A DNA stretch of 47,871 nt, from the NCBI GenBank assembly GCA_002315995.1, contig DCHN01000072.1, forward strand, positions 1 through 47,871, given 5' to 3'. Each line of letters begins with the position of its first letter. The stretch's first letter is position 1. Under the pieces are notes generated by a model. That model did not search any database, was not told where the DNA came from, and worked only from the letters and a program-made list of their open reading frames with translations. The position numbers and the translations under genes were made by a program. Shown here in pieces: positions 27,440-35,387 of this stretch. This DNA is from Bacteroidales bacterium UBA1751 (GTDB taxonomy: Bacteria > Bacteroidota > Bacteroidia > Bacteroidales > UBA932).

Positions 27440-28789
27440 ATGAAAGGTGCCAGAGAGAATTTCGGTGGACGGTTTGCGGTTCTGGTGGCGCTGGTAGGTT
27501 CAGCTGTAGGATTGGGCAACCTGTGGAGATTCCCATACCTTGTGGGAAACAACGGAGGTGCCGCATTCATTCTTATATATATTGTCCTCACGTTCCTGCT
27601 GTGTCTGCCAATAATGCACTCAGAAATTGTAATAGGCAGGAGAAGCAAGGCAAATGTATTTGGAGCATTCAATACTCTTGCACCCGGCTCCAAATGGAAA
27701 TACGCAGGAGTCCTTGCTTTAGTTACCACTGCAATAATCCTTGGATTCTATGCCGTTGTAGGAGGATGGTCACTCTTCTTCTTCATAAAGGCTCTCTTTT
27801 TCCAGCTCAATGAGGCAGGCGGAAATGCCGCTGAACCTCTATTCACCTCAATGGCTTCCGCCACCTGCACCCCATTGATATATGCGGCGGCCTTTATGAT
27901 TGTTACAGCTCTTGTAATAGCATGCGGCGTAAGAAAGGGAATTGAAAAGTACTCCAAGATAATGATGCCTGTTCTCTTTGTGTGCACAGTAATTATTGCC
28001 ATTGAGAGCATATCACTGCCTGGAGCCATGCGCGGTGTGGAGTTCCTCCTCTATCCGGATTTTTCAAACATGACCCCGGACACCGTGCTGAATGCGCTTG
28101 GCCAGGCCTTCTTCTCACTCAGTCTTGGTTGCGGCACGTTCATAACATACTCGTCATACATGAAGAGCAGTGAGAACATACTGAAAGTTTCACTTCTTAC
28201 TGCGCTTTGGGACACCATCTTTGCCATACTTGCGGGACTGGCCATAATGCCTGCCGTATTCGCATTCTCGCAGGAACCATCACAGGGGCCGGGGTTGCTC
28301 TTCATTATACTTCCTGACATACTCTCAAAGATTCCGTTCGGTGGTTTAATATCAATTCTGTTCTTTGCAGTGGTATTTCTGGCAGCTCTCACATCATCAA
28401 TATCAATGCTTGAGATCATTACATCATACACTACCGATGAATTCAAATGGAGCCGCAAACGCAGTGTTGTTACAATATGCTCCATAATATTCATTCTGAC
28501 CACATTATGCTCCCTATCCATGGGGCCTCTCGCCTCATTCAAGATATTTGGTAAAACCATATTCGAACTTTGCGATTTCCTGACCGCCAATGTAATGCTC
28601 ACTTGCGGCTCACTTGCATATGTGATTTTCGTTGGATGGATAATGAAACGCTCGGATGTACTTGATGAACTCACAAACGGAGGTACTATAAAAATTGCAC
28701 CACAGGCTGCCAACTTCCTCCTCTTCTCAATAAAGTACCTTGCTCCGGCAGCAATACTCATTATTACAGCCTACTCCCTCTTCTTCTGA
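27440..28789 (+). CDS. Neurotransmitter:sodium symporter (NSS/SNF) family transporter, paralog 2
   Basis: Same signature, GLGNLWRFPYLVGNNGGAAF. The ATG at 27440 (MKGARENFGG...) aligns with the N-terminus of paralog 1. The track's start at 27401 overlaps the end of paralog 1 and is unlikely. Confidence 0.9.
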   Translation: MKGARENFGGRFAVLVALVGSAVGLGNLWRFPYLVGNNGGAAFILIYIVLTFLLCLPIMHSEIVIGRRSKANVFGAFNTLAPGSKWKYAGVLALVTTAIILGFYAVVGGWSLFFFIKALFFQLNEAGGNAAEPLFTSMASATCTPLIYAAAFMIVTALVIACGVRKGIEKYSKIMMPVLFVCTVIIAIESISLPGAMRGVEFLLYPDFSNMTPDTVLNALGQAFFSLSLGCGTFITYSSYMKSSENILKVSLLTALWDTIFAILAGLAIMPAVFAFSQEPSQGPGLLFIILPDILSKIPFGGLISILFFAVVFLAALTSSISMLEIITSYTTDEFKWSRKRSVVTICSIIFILTTLCSLSMGPLASFKIFGKTIFELCDFLTANVMLTCGSLAYVIFVGWIMKRSDVLDELTNGGTIKIAPQAANFLLFSIKYLAPAAILIITAYSLFF

Positions 28790-28838
28790 TTCAGGAACAC
28801 GCCCATAGACTGAGAGAACTGTACTGCCGCAAAAATCT

Positions 28839-29582
28839 TTACGGAACAAATCCAAGCGTGGCTATGCTCACACGGCAGCAGAAATGTTCCAATATGGAGT
28901 TGGCACAGGCATCGAGCGTAGCCCCGGTGGTGAGCACATCGTCAACCAATAGCAGATGTCTGCCGTCAATTTTTCTATGAACTCCTGCACCACTCCTTAC
29001 CCCAAAGGCATCCTTGACATTCAACCATCTCTGGTGGCGGTTCTTTCTTGTTTGTGTAGCTGTTGCGCTTCTCCTGTATAGCAGATGAGTGAAGAGAGAG
29101 GCTCCACCTGGCAAAACTTCACTGTACCCTATGCGTATGCCCTTTGAAATTTCAGCCGTTTGATTATACCCTCTTTTGAGCCTTCTGCGCCAATGGAGCG
29201 GTACAGGCACAATGTAATCAATGGGAGGTGCTTTACCCAACAGGACATCACTGGCAATTCGTGCTCCAAGCATACGTCCCATTTGGAGAGCAAGCGCAAT
29301 GTCCGAGCCGTATTTTATGCGATGCACTATCTCCTTGTAGGGGTTTACATAATAGAAGAGCGGCCATACCGCTTCAATACGACACCTACCCCAGAATACA
29401 CGCTGGGCGGCAGAAAGAGGCTCCTCACCTGTTATGAAGGGCATATCCCAAAGGCAGGTGCAGCACAGCTTCTTCTCCGCTCCAACCAGAGAGTTGCCGC
29501 ACAGGATGCATCTTCGGGGAAAGAAAAAATCAAGAACTCCACCAAGCATACAATGTTCATGCAGTGGAGGGGAGTGGGACAA
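28839..29582 (-). CDS. comF: ComF-family protein (phosphoribosyltransferase-like, ComFC type). The start may be the internal Met at 29549.
   Basis: N-terminal Cys-rich motif CILCGN...CCTC and C-terminal PRTase motif LLLVDDVLTTGATL. Confidence 0.85.
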   Translation of the reverse strand: MSHSPPLHEHCMLGGVLDFFFPRRCILCGNSLVGAEKKLCCTCLWDMPFITGEEPLSAAQRVFWGRCRIEAVWPLFYYVNPYKEIVHRIKYGSDIALALQMGRMLGARIASDVLLGKAPPIDYIVPVPLHWRRRLKRGYNQTAEISKGIRIGYSEVLPGGASLFTHLLYRRSATATQTRKNRHQRWLNVKDAFGVRSGAGVHRKIDGRHLLLVDDVLTTGATLDACANSILEHFCCRVSIATLGFVP

Positions 29583-29608
29583 AATTACTCAAATATGATA
29601 TGATTTGC

Positions 29609-29616
29609 TATTTTTG
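29609..29616 (+). promoter_or_regulatory. -7 promoter box TATTTTTG for mutS2 (very short leader)
   Basis: Perfect TAnnTTTG ending 8 nt before the ATG at 29625. This implies a near-leaderless mRNA. Confidence 0.4.
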
Positions 29617-29624
29617 CGGGAAGA

Positions 29625-32138
29625 ATGACAAACAGTGGAACAATAGAGGTAAAGCTTGGATTCAACAAGGTGAGGGAGTGGATTGCATCCCGCGCCAGGA
29701 GTTCCTATGCCAAGAATAGGGCAATGGAGGAGCAGGTGAGCGGGAATCTTGCAACAATTGAACGCAGGCTCATACTTACCGAGGAGATGAAGTACATCTG
29801 CATGTTTGAGCCATCATTCCCAAAAGAGGGCTATGAAGACAACCTCGACTACCTGAAACCTCTGCTCACCCCATCAACCGTAATTACTCTGGAGAATATG
29901 GTGCGCCTGAGCAGATACCTCCAGACCCTTAAGGAGATTGTCACATTCTTCAAAAAGAGCAAGGAGGAGGCCTACCCCAATCTCAAGGAGATGGTTGCAG
30001 GCGTCATTCTCTATCCTGCCATTTCACAGAAGATAGATGGAATACTTGACAAGAACGGAGAGGTGCGCGACAATGCTTCCCCTGAACTTGCAAGGCTCAG
30101 GAGCGAAATACGCTCCAAGGAGGGAGCAATAAGCCGCAAGGTGCAGTCCATTCTGAAAAAGGGCATTGAAGATGGATTCGTTGCCGAAGATGCAACGGTG
30201 CAGATGCGCGACGGAAGGGTATTGGTACCTGTTGTAGCCGGCAACAAGCGCAAACTTGGAGGCTTTGTATATGATGAATCGGCAAGCGGTAAAACCGTTT
30301 TCATAGAGCCGGCAGAGGTAGTAGAGCTTGGAAACGCACTTCGCGAACTTCAGTTTGCCGTTCAGCGTGAAATTTTCAGGATACTTGATGAATTCTCATC
30401 CTTCCTCAGACCATATCTTCCGGAACTTATTGATGCAGCCGGCGTTTTGGGTGAAATTGACTTCATTCTTGCCAAGGGTCAGCTTGCAATGGAGCTGGCA
30501 TGCGACCGCCCGATTGCAAGCGTAAGCGGAGAGCTGAAAATAAGCAAGGGGAGACATCCCGTACTGGAGAGAGCTCTGCAGAAGGAGGGGAAGAAGATTG
30601 TTCCGCTTGATTTGCATCTTACAAAGGAGAAATCGATTCTTGTGATATCAGGGCCTAACGCCGGTGGAAAATCGGTATGCCTGAAGACCACAGGAATTCT
30701 GCAATATATGTATCAGTGGGGTATGCTTGTAAGCGCCAGCGCCATAAGCGAGTTTCCTGTTCTTGACAACATATTCATAGACATAGGAGACCAGCAGAGC
30801 ATTGAAAACGACCTGAGCACCTACAGCTCGCACCTTATGAGCATGAAGGAGATGGTTGAGGGCGTTGACCCGCAATGGCTTGTACTAATTGATGAGTTCG
30901 GTTCAGGCACTGAGCCTGCCGCAGGCGGCGCAATTGCAGAAACCATTCTCAAGCACCTCGATAGAACAGGGTGCTACGGTGTAATTACAACCCACTACAC
31001 CAACCTGAAAATGTATGCCGCCAATGCAACCGAAACTCATGTTGCAAATGGTGCAATGCTCTTTGATGTTGCCAACATACAGCCGCTCTTCACCCTTGAG
31101 CAGGGGTTGCCGGGCAACTCTTTTGCATTTGAGCTGGCAAGGAAAATAGGGCTTCCAACCTGGCTGGTGGAGCAGGCACAGGAGGCTGCCGGAACCGGTT
31201 TCGTGGATATGGAGAGGCAGCTGAGGAAGATTTCGCGCGAAAAGCGCAAGCTTGAGGAGAAGCTCAAGAGAATAAGCACTACAGACAAGGTGCTTGAGAG
31301 TGTCACCGACAAATATCAGAAGGAGCTTGCAGAGATAAAGCAGAGTAAAAAGGAGATAATAGAAACCGCCAAGGCACAGGCTCAGGAAATAGTTTCACAG
31401 GCCAACCGTCAGGTGGAGGCTACAATTCGGAGCATCCGTGAGGCCCAGGCTGAAAAGGAGAGGACAAAAGAGGCCAGGAAGTCACTGACATCATTCAGAA
31501 ACTCCCTTGGAGAAGAAAACCACTCTGAACAGGATCTGAAAATTGAGCGGAAGATGCAGCAGCTCCAGCAGAGGCAGCAGCGCAAACTTGAACGAAAACA
31601 GAGAGATGGAAACGGTGGAGAAGGTGCAGATGCCAATGGAGGGAAGCCTGTGGTTAAGGTTGAAGCCGGTCCGCTTACAGTAGGATGCAAGGTCAGAATC
31701 AAGAGCAACTCCCTAATTGGCCAGATTCACCAGCTGGGAGACAAATATATTATGGTGGCCGTGGGAAACATCCTCAGCCGGATGAAGGAGAGCGATGTTG
31801 AAAGAATATCTGCAAAGGAGTTCGAACAGGCGCACCAGCAACGCAGCAGAAGCATTGCACAGATATCTGAGAGCATATCACAGCGCAAGCTGGAGTTCAA
31901 ACCCTCAATTGACATACGCGGGGAGAGGTTGTCGGATGCCCTTGACATAGTGAGCCGCTATATTGACGATGCCATTATGCTGGACATTCCACAGGTTAAG
32001 ATACTTCACGGCAAAGGCACCGGAGTGCTCAAGGAGGAGATAAGAAAATACCTCAGATGCCAGAGCGGAATTGCCGATATACAGGATGAGGATATAAGAT
32101 ACGGAGGAAGCGGTATCACAGTAGTAACCTTCGGTTAA
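29625..32138 (+). CDS. mutS2: Endonuclease MutS2 (MutS ATPase domain plus C-terminal Smr domain)
   Basis: Walker A ISGPNAGGKS, LIDEFGSGTEP, TTHY, a long coiled-coil, and the C-terminal Smr motif ILHGKGTGVLKEEI. Confidence 0.93.
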   Translation: MTNSGTIEVKLGFNKVREWIASRARSSYAKNRAMEEQVSGNLATIERRLILTEEMKYICMFEPSFPKEGYEDNLDYLKPLLTPSTVITLENMVRLSRYLQTLKEIVTFFKKSKEEAYPNLKEMVAGVILYPAISQKIDGILDKNGEVRDNASPELARLRSEIRSKEGAISRKVQSILKKGIEDGFVAEDATVQMRDGRVLVPVVAGNKRKLGGFVYDESASGKTVFIEPAEVVELGNALRELQFAVQREIFRILDEFSSFLRPYLPELIDAAGVLGEIDFILAKGQLAMELACDRPIASVSGELKISKGRHPVLERALQKEGKKIVPLDLHLTKEKSILVISGPNAGGKSVCLKTTGILQYMYQWGMLVSASAISEFPVLDNIFIDIGDQQSIENDLSTYSSHLMSMKEMVEGVDPQWLVLIDEFGSGTEPAAGGAIAETILKHLDRTGCYGVITTHYTNLKMYAANATETHVANGAMLFDVANIQPLFTLEQGLPGNSFAFELARKIGLPTWLVEQAQEAAGTGFVDMERQLRKISREKRKLEEKLKRISTTDKVLESVTDKYQKELAEIKQSKKEIIETAKAQAQEIVSQANRQVEATIRSIREAQAEKERTKEARKSLTSFRNSLGEENHSEQDLKIERKMQQLQQRQQRKLERKQRDGNGGEGADANGGKPVVKVEAGPLTVGCKVRIKSNSLIGQIHQLGDKYIMVAVGNILSRMKESDVERISAKEFEQAHQQRSRSIAQISESISQRKLEFKPSIDIRGERLSDALDIVSRYIDDAIMLDIPQVKILHGKGTGVLKEEIRKYLRCQSGIADIQDEDIRYGGSGITVVTFG

Positions 32139-32202
32139 TGGAACCGGAGACGAAATCCTCCACTATTTGAAAACTGAAATAAACTGTTAAAAATACACTA
32201 TT

Positions 32203-32733
32203 ATGGAAGAAATGGAAGAGAGAAGAGAATCAATGAACTTTGCCAGACACATGAAGCACTCATCACTGAGTCCAAGAGCGAAGAAGCACTCAACAGCAAA
32301 ACTTATTGCACTGCTGGCCATACTCATTATTCTTGTATTTGTAATGATATTCACCGGCTGTAGCAGGCCGAATGCAGAAGTAGAGTGTTCAAAAGCCGAA
32401 AGAACTGCAGCGCAGTTCCTTACATCAAACATAAACAGAGATTACAAGACTATGAGGGAACTCTCAACTCCTTCGCTTGATTCACTTATTGCATCGGCAG
32501 AGAGCGAAACAGCCAGGATGAGCGCCAATGCAAGGAAAATGATTGCAAAAGTTACCGAAAACCTCAAGATTCAGATTGACTCATCATATACGAACCAATC
32601 TGCAGATACCGCAACCGTCTTCTACACACTAATGGTGAAGAAGACGGAAAAAACGGTAGAAGCCACCCTAAAGAGCGCCAAGGTTACCCTTCTTAGAAAA
32701 AGGGGCGAGTGGAAGGTTGAATCAATGGAGTAA
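32203..32733 (+). CDS. Hypothetical lipoprotein. The start is possibly the Met at 32233.
   Basis: A hydrophobic segment ends in the lipobox-like sequence MIFTGC|S. No recognisable catalytic motif. The soluble domain is small. Confidence 0.6.
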   Translation: MEEMEERRESMNFARHMKHSSLSPRAKKHSTAKLIALLAILIILVFVMIFTGCSRPNAEVECSKAERTAAQFLTSNINRDYKTMRELSTPSLDSLIASAESETARMSANARKMIAKVTENLKIQIDSSYTNQSADTATVFYTLMVKKTEKTVEATLKSAKVTLLRKRGEWKVESME

Positions 32734-33345
32734 TTACTCCTCGCCTTCCTTCTTTACCTCAGGTCTCTGCACTGGTGCTGCAACAGGTGCTGGTGCAGGT
32801 GCTGGTGCTGAATTTTGCTGCTTTAAGAATGCATTATCTTCACAATTCTTTGCAAATTCCGCTTCTGTAGTGTATTTAACAGAACCTGTGAGTTTTGATC
32901 CAAGCTCCACTACAACGTTTGATGACGCAAGAGAACCAGTTACGACACAACCATTTTTCAAAGAGATAGTATCTTTGGCACTTACTGTTCCATCGAACTT
33001 CCCATAGATGTCAATGTTTTCGCACAAAATATCGCCCGATAAAACTGCGGTTTCACCAATAATTATACGAGCACGGGAAGAAATTTTTCCATTGAAATTT
33101 CCGTCAAACCTGATGTCATGAGAAGATGTGATTTCACCACTACTGATTGACATTCCAGCAGCAATTCTACTCACTGCAGTGGGATTTGATGTTGAAGAGT
33201 TGTTTAATGTCATAGCTGTAACTTTAACTGTATGCTTATCTATATTATTTTCTTTTTCTACATCCTTATTTGTCTCCTTGTCAATGTTGTTGTACTTAGC
33301 ATCAACTGACTTCGAGTCACTATTATGTTTATTATTCAACCACAT
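32734..33345 (-). CDS. Bactofilin-family cytoskeletal protein with an Asn/Lys-rich N-terminal extension and an (Ala-Pro)n tail
   Basis: The core IAAGMSISSGEITSSHDIRFDGNFNGKISSRARIIIGETAVLSGDILCENIDIYGKFDGTVSAKDTISLKNGCVVTGSL shows the repetitive beta-helix pattern of bactofilin (DUF583). The first ATG is at 33345. The track's start at 33354 is a TTG. Confidence 0.8.
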   Translation of the reverse strand: MWLNNKHNSDSKSVDAKYNNIDKETNKDVEKENNIDKHTVKVTAMTLNNSSTSNPTAVSRIAAGMSISSGEITSSHDIRFDGNFNGKISSRARIIIGETAVLSGDILCENIDIYGKFDGTVSAKDTISLKNGCVVTGSLASSNVVVELGSKLTGSVKYTTEAEFAKNCEDNAFLKQQNSAPAPAPAPVAAPVQRPEVKKEGEE

Positions 33346-33384
33346 AGCACACAAGGGGTATATCGAATTATCAAATAATCATTG

Positions 33385-33392
33385 CAAATATA
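33385..33392 (-). promoter_or_regulatory. -7 promoter box TATATTTG immediately upstream of the bactofilin gene
   Basis: The minus strand reads TTACTATATTTGCAATG. It lies between the prmC stop (33397) and the bactofilin ATG (33345). Confidence 0.45.
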
Positions 33393-33396
33393 GTAA

Positions 33397-34338
33397 TTAT
33401 TTTGCAACAACAAACCTCTCTTTTCCAAAAAGATCTTTAATACATTGTACATCATTCCACCCTTTTCCCCGAATCATCTCCCTGCATTCAAATCCGAACC
33501 CTTCGTTAATTTCAAAAAACAAAGCAGGAGCTGAAAACTCTTTACATTCCTTAGAACTATTGATTTTCAGAGCAATATCAGCAATTTTCCTATAGAAAAG
33601 CAGAGGGTCTTCATTCTCAACAAAAAGGGCAGATGCAGGTTCCCAATTCAGAACATTGGGCCTCATTTCACTCCTCTGTAACTGCGTGACATATGGAGGG
33701 TTGCTTACAATTACATCAACAAGCCCCCCTTCCCTGTACCAACCGGCATGCTCAAGTGTTCCTGCAATTACCTCAACCGCGTATGGGCGAAGCAGATCGC
33801 ACTCGAAAAAGAGAGGTCTTTCTTCACACTCAAAGGGCTGGGACGAAGCCACTTTCAAAGCAGCAGATGAAATGTCACAACCAGCAACCGCACATCCCAA
33901 AGGAAGAAGCGACCACGCTATGCATCCGCTCCCCGTACAGCAATCTACAACATTCAAACTTGTATTGGATGACCTCCCACGAATATAATCGGAAGCAAGA
34001 GCAACCAGCTCCTCTGTCTCCGGCCTTGGAATAAGAGTACTCGAGTTTACATTGAACCTGCGGCCACAAAACTCTGCAAAGCCCACAACATACTCCAACG
34101 GCTCACCCTCAACAAGCCGAGCAAGTGCCGCATCAAGGGACTCCATAAGTTCCTTTGGAATCTCCTCACCACCATGAAGTGCCAGTTGAACCGCGTCCAC
34201 AACAGGGAATAAACTATGTCCAAGTTGGGAAAGAGTGAAAAGAAGACGGCGGGCAAGCGCACGACACTCATCGGGAGTGTAGAAACAAGCCTGTTTGAGA
34301 CGTGCGGCCGCCGATGCAGGAAATTCAGAATAGCGCAT
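33397..34338 (-). CDS. prmC: Release-factor glutamine N5-methyltransferase PrmC (HemK)
   Basis: SAM-binding motif VVDCCTGSGCIA and catalytic motif IVSNPPY. The Met at 34338 (MRYSEF...) avoids the 32-nt overlap with ddl that the track's start at 34377 would create. Confidence 0.88.
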   Translation of the reverse strand: MRYSEFPASAAARLKQACFYTPDECRALARRLLFTLSQLGHSLFPVVDAVQLALHGGEEIPKELMESLDAALARLVEGEPLEYVVGFAEFCGRRFNVNSSTLIPRPETEELVALASDYIRGRSSNTSLNVVDCCTGSGCIAWSLLPLGCAVAGCDISSAALKVASSQPFECEERPLFFECDLLRPYAVEVIAGTLEHAGWYREGGLVDVIVSNPPYVTQLQRSEMRPNVLNWEPASALFVENEDPLLFYRKIADIALKINSSKECKEFSAPALFFEINEGFGFECREMIRGKGWNDVQCIKDLFGKERFVVAK

Positions 34339-34345
34339 CAGCTGC

Positions 34346-35386
34346 TCAGATGCGTGAGAGTTCGAGGCTCTCTGCAATTATTGATGTGAGAAAATCGCTC
34401 AATGGAATGCCGCTTGCCCTCAACGAACCGGGAACAAGGCTCATAGAAGTCATGCCTGGAGTTGAATTTATTTCAAGAAAGAATATATCCTCTCCCCGGA
34501 GAATATAATCCATTCTTACAAGGCCGCTGCAACCCATATAGGTATAGATTCTTGATGAGAGCTCATTAACCGCATCGGTAAGTTTCTGGCTTATTGGAGC
34601 CGGACATATTTCACGACTTTTGCCCAGATATTTGGCATTGTAATCGAACCACCCGCTATTGGAAACAATCTCAGTAACAGGAAGGGTCCTCACAGCACCT
34701 CCCTGCCTGTAAACGCCAACGGTAACCTCCCTTCCACTTACTCCCTGCTCTATGAGAATTGCAGGACACTCCTTGAACCCTGTTCCAATTGCCGCTTCAA
34801 GATCCTCCTCCCGTTCAACCTTGGTTATTCCAAAACTGCTGCCTCCTATTGTAGGCTTTACAAAAAGCGGCAGCCCCAAAGATTCAACAATGGAGTGTAT
34901 GTCATAAGTATGCTCCCTTCTCAAATAGAAATCCTTTGCAAGTTTTACTCCCGCAAAATCGAGGAACCTCTTGCACGACTGCTTATCGAACGACACCGCA
35001 CATACATATGATGACGATGTATTGAACGGAACCCCCATCATCTCAAGATACCCCTGGAACTGACCGGTTTCCCCCGGTACGCCGTGAATCATAATCATTG
35101 CGTAGTCAAACTTCACACCGGCGCAGGAGAATGTACTCTTGTCCACATCGGCACCAAAAGGGAAACTCTCCGCCCACCCGGCCATTGGTGAATTCTCCTC
35201 CACCCACGCGGTAACCGCATCCAATTCATCCTCCTTTACCACACGCCACATTGCCCCCCTCAGGAAAACGGGATAAACATCAAAAAGTTTGCGGTCCAAT
35301 GCAGATATGATATTCTTTCCGCTGGCCATGGAGACCTTCCACTCACTGGAATCGCCTCCCAAAATTACTGCTATACTCTTCCTCAT
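34346..35386 (-). CDS. ddl: D-alanine--D-alanine ligase
   Basis: N-terminus IAVILGGDSSEWKVSMASG, ATP-grasp motifs PLFVKP..GGSSFGITKV, and C-terminus VRMDYIL...FFLEINSTPGMT. Confidence 0.93.
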   Translation of the reverse strand: MRKSIAVILGGDSSEWKVSMASGKNIISALDRKLFDVYPVFLRGAMWRVVKEDELDAVTAWVEENSPMAGWAESFPFGADVDKSTFSCAGVKFDYAMIMIHGVPGETGQFQGYLEMMGVPFNTSSSYVCAVSFDKQSCKRFLDFAGVKLAKDFYLRREHTYDIHSIVESLGLPLFVKPTIGGSSFGITKVEREEDLEAAIGTGFKECPAILIEQGVSGREVTVGVYRQGGAVRTLPVTEIVSNSGWFDYNAKYLGKSREICPAPISQKLTDAVNELSSRIYTYMGCSGLVRMDYILRGEDIFFLEINSTPGMTSMSLVPGSLRASGIPLSDFLTSIIAESLELSRI

Positions 35387-35387
35387 A

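Noticed and set aside
28051-28761. 236-aa minus-strand ORF inside NSS paralog 2, with similar ORFs at 26388-26867 and 26919-27191 inside paralog 1
   Set aside because: They are antisense to transporters whose sense-frame signatures are unambiguous. They have no recognisable motifs. The same antisense frame stays open in both paralogs, which is what you expect when the sense codon usage avoids TTA, CTA and TCA. There is no promoter box.
33128-33595. 155-aa plus-strand ORF spanning the bactofilin 5' end, the intergenic region and the prmC 3' end
   Set aside because: It is antisense to two supported genes and crosses their intergenic promoter region. Its hydrophobic low-complexity translation has no motifs.
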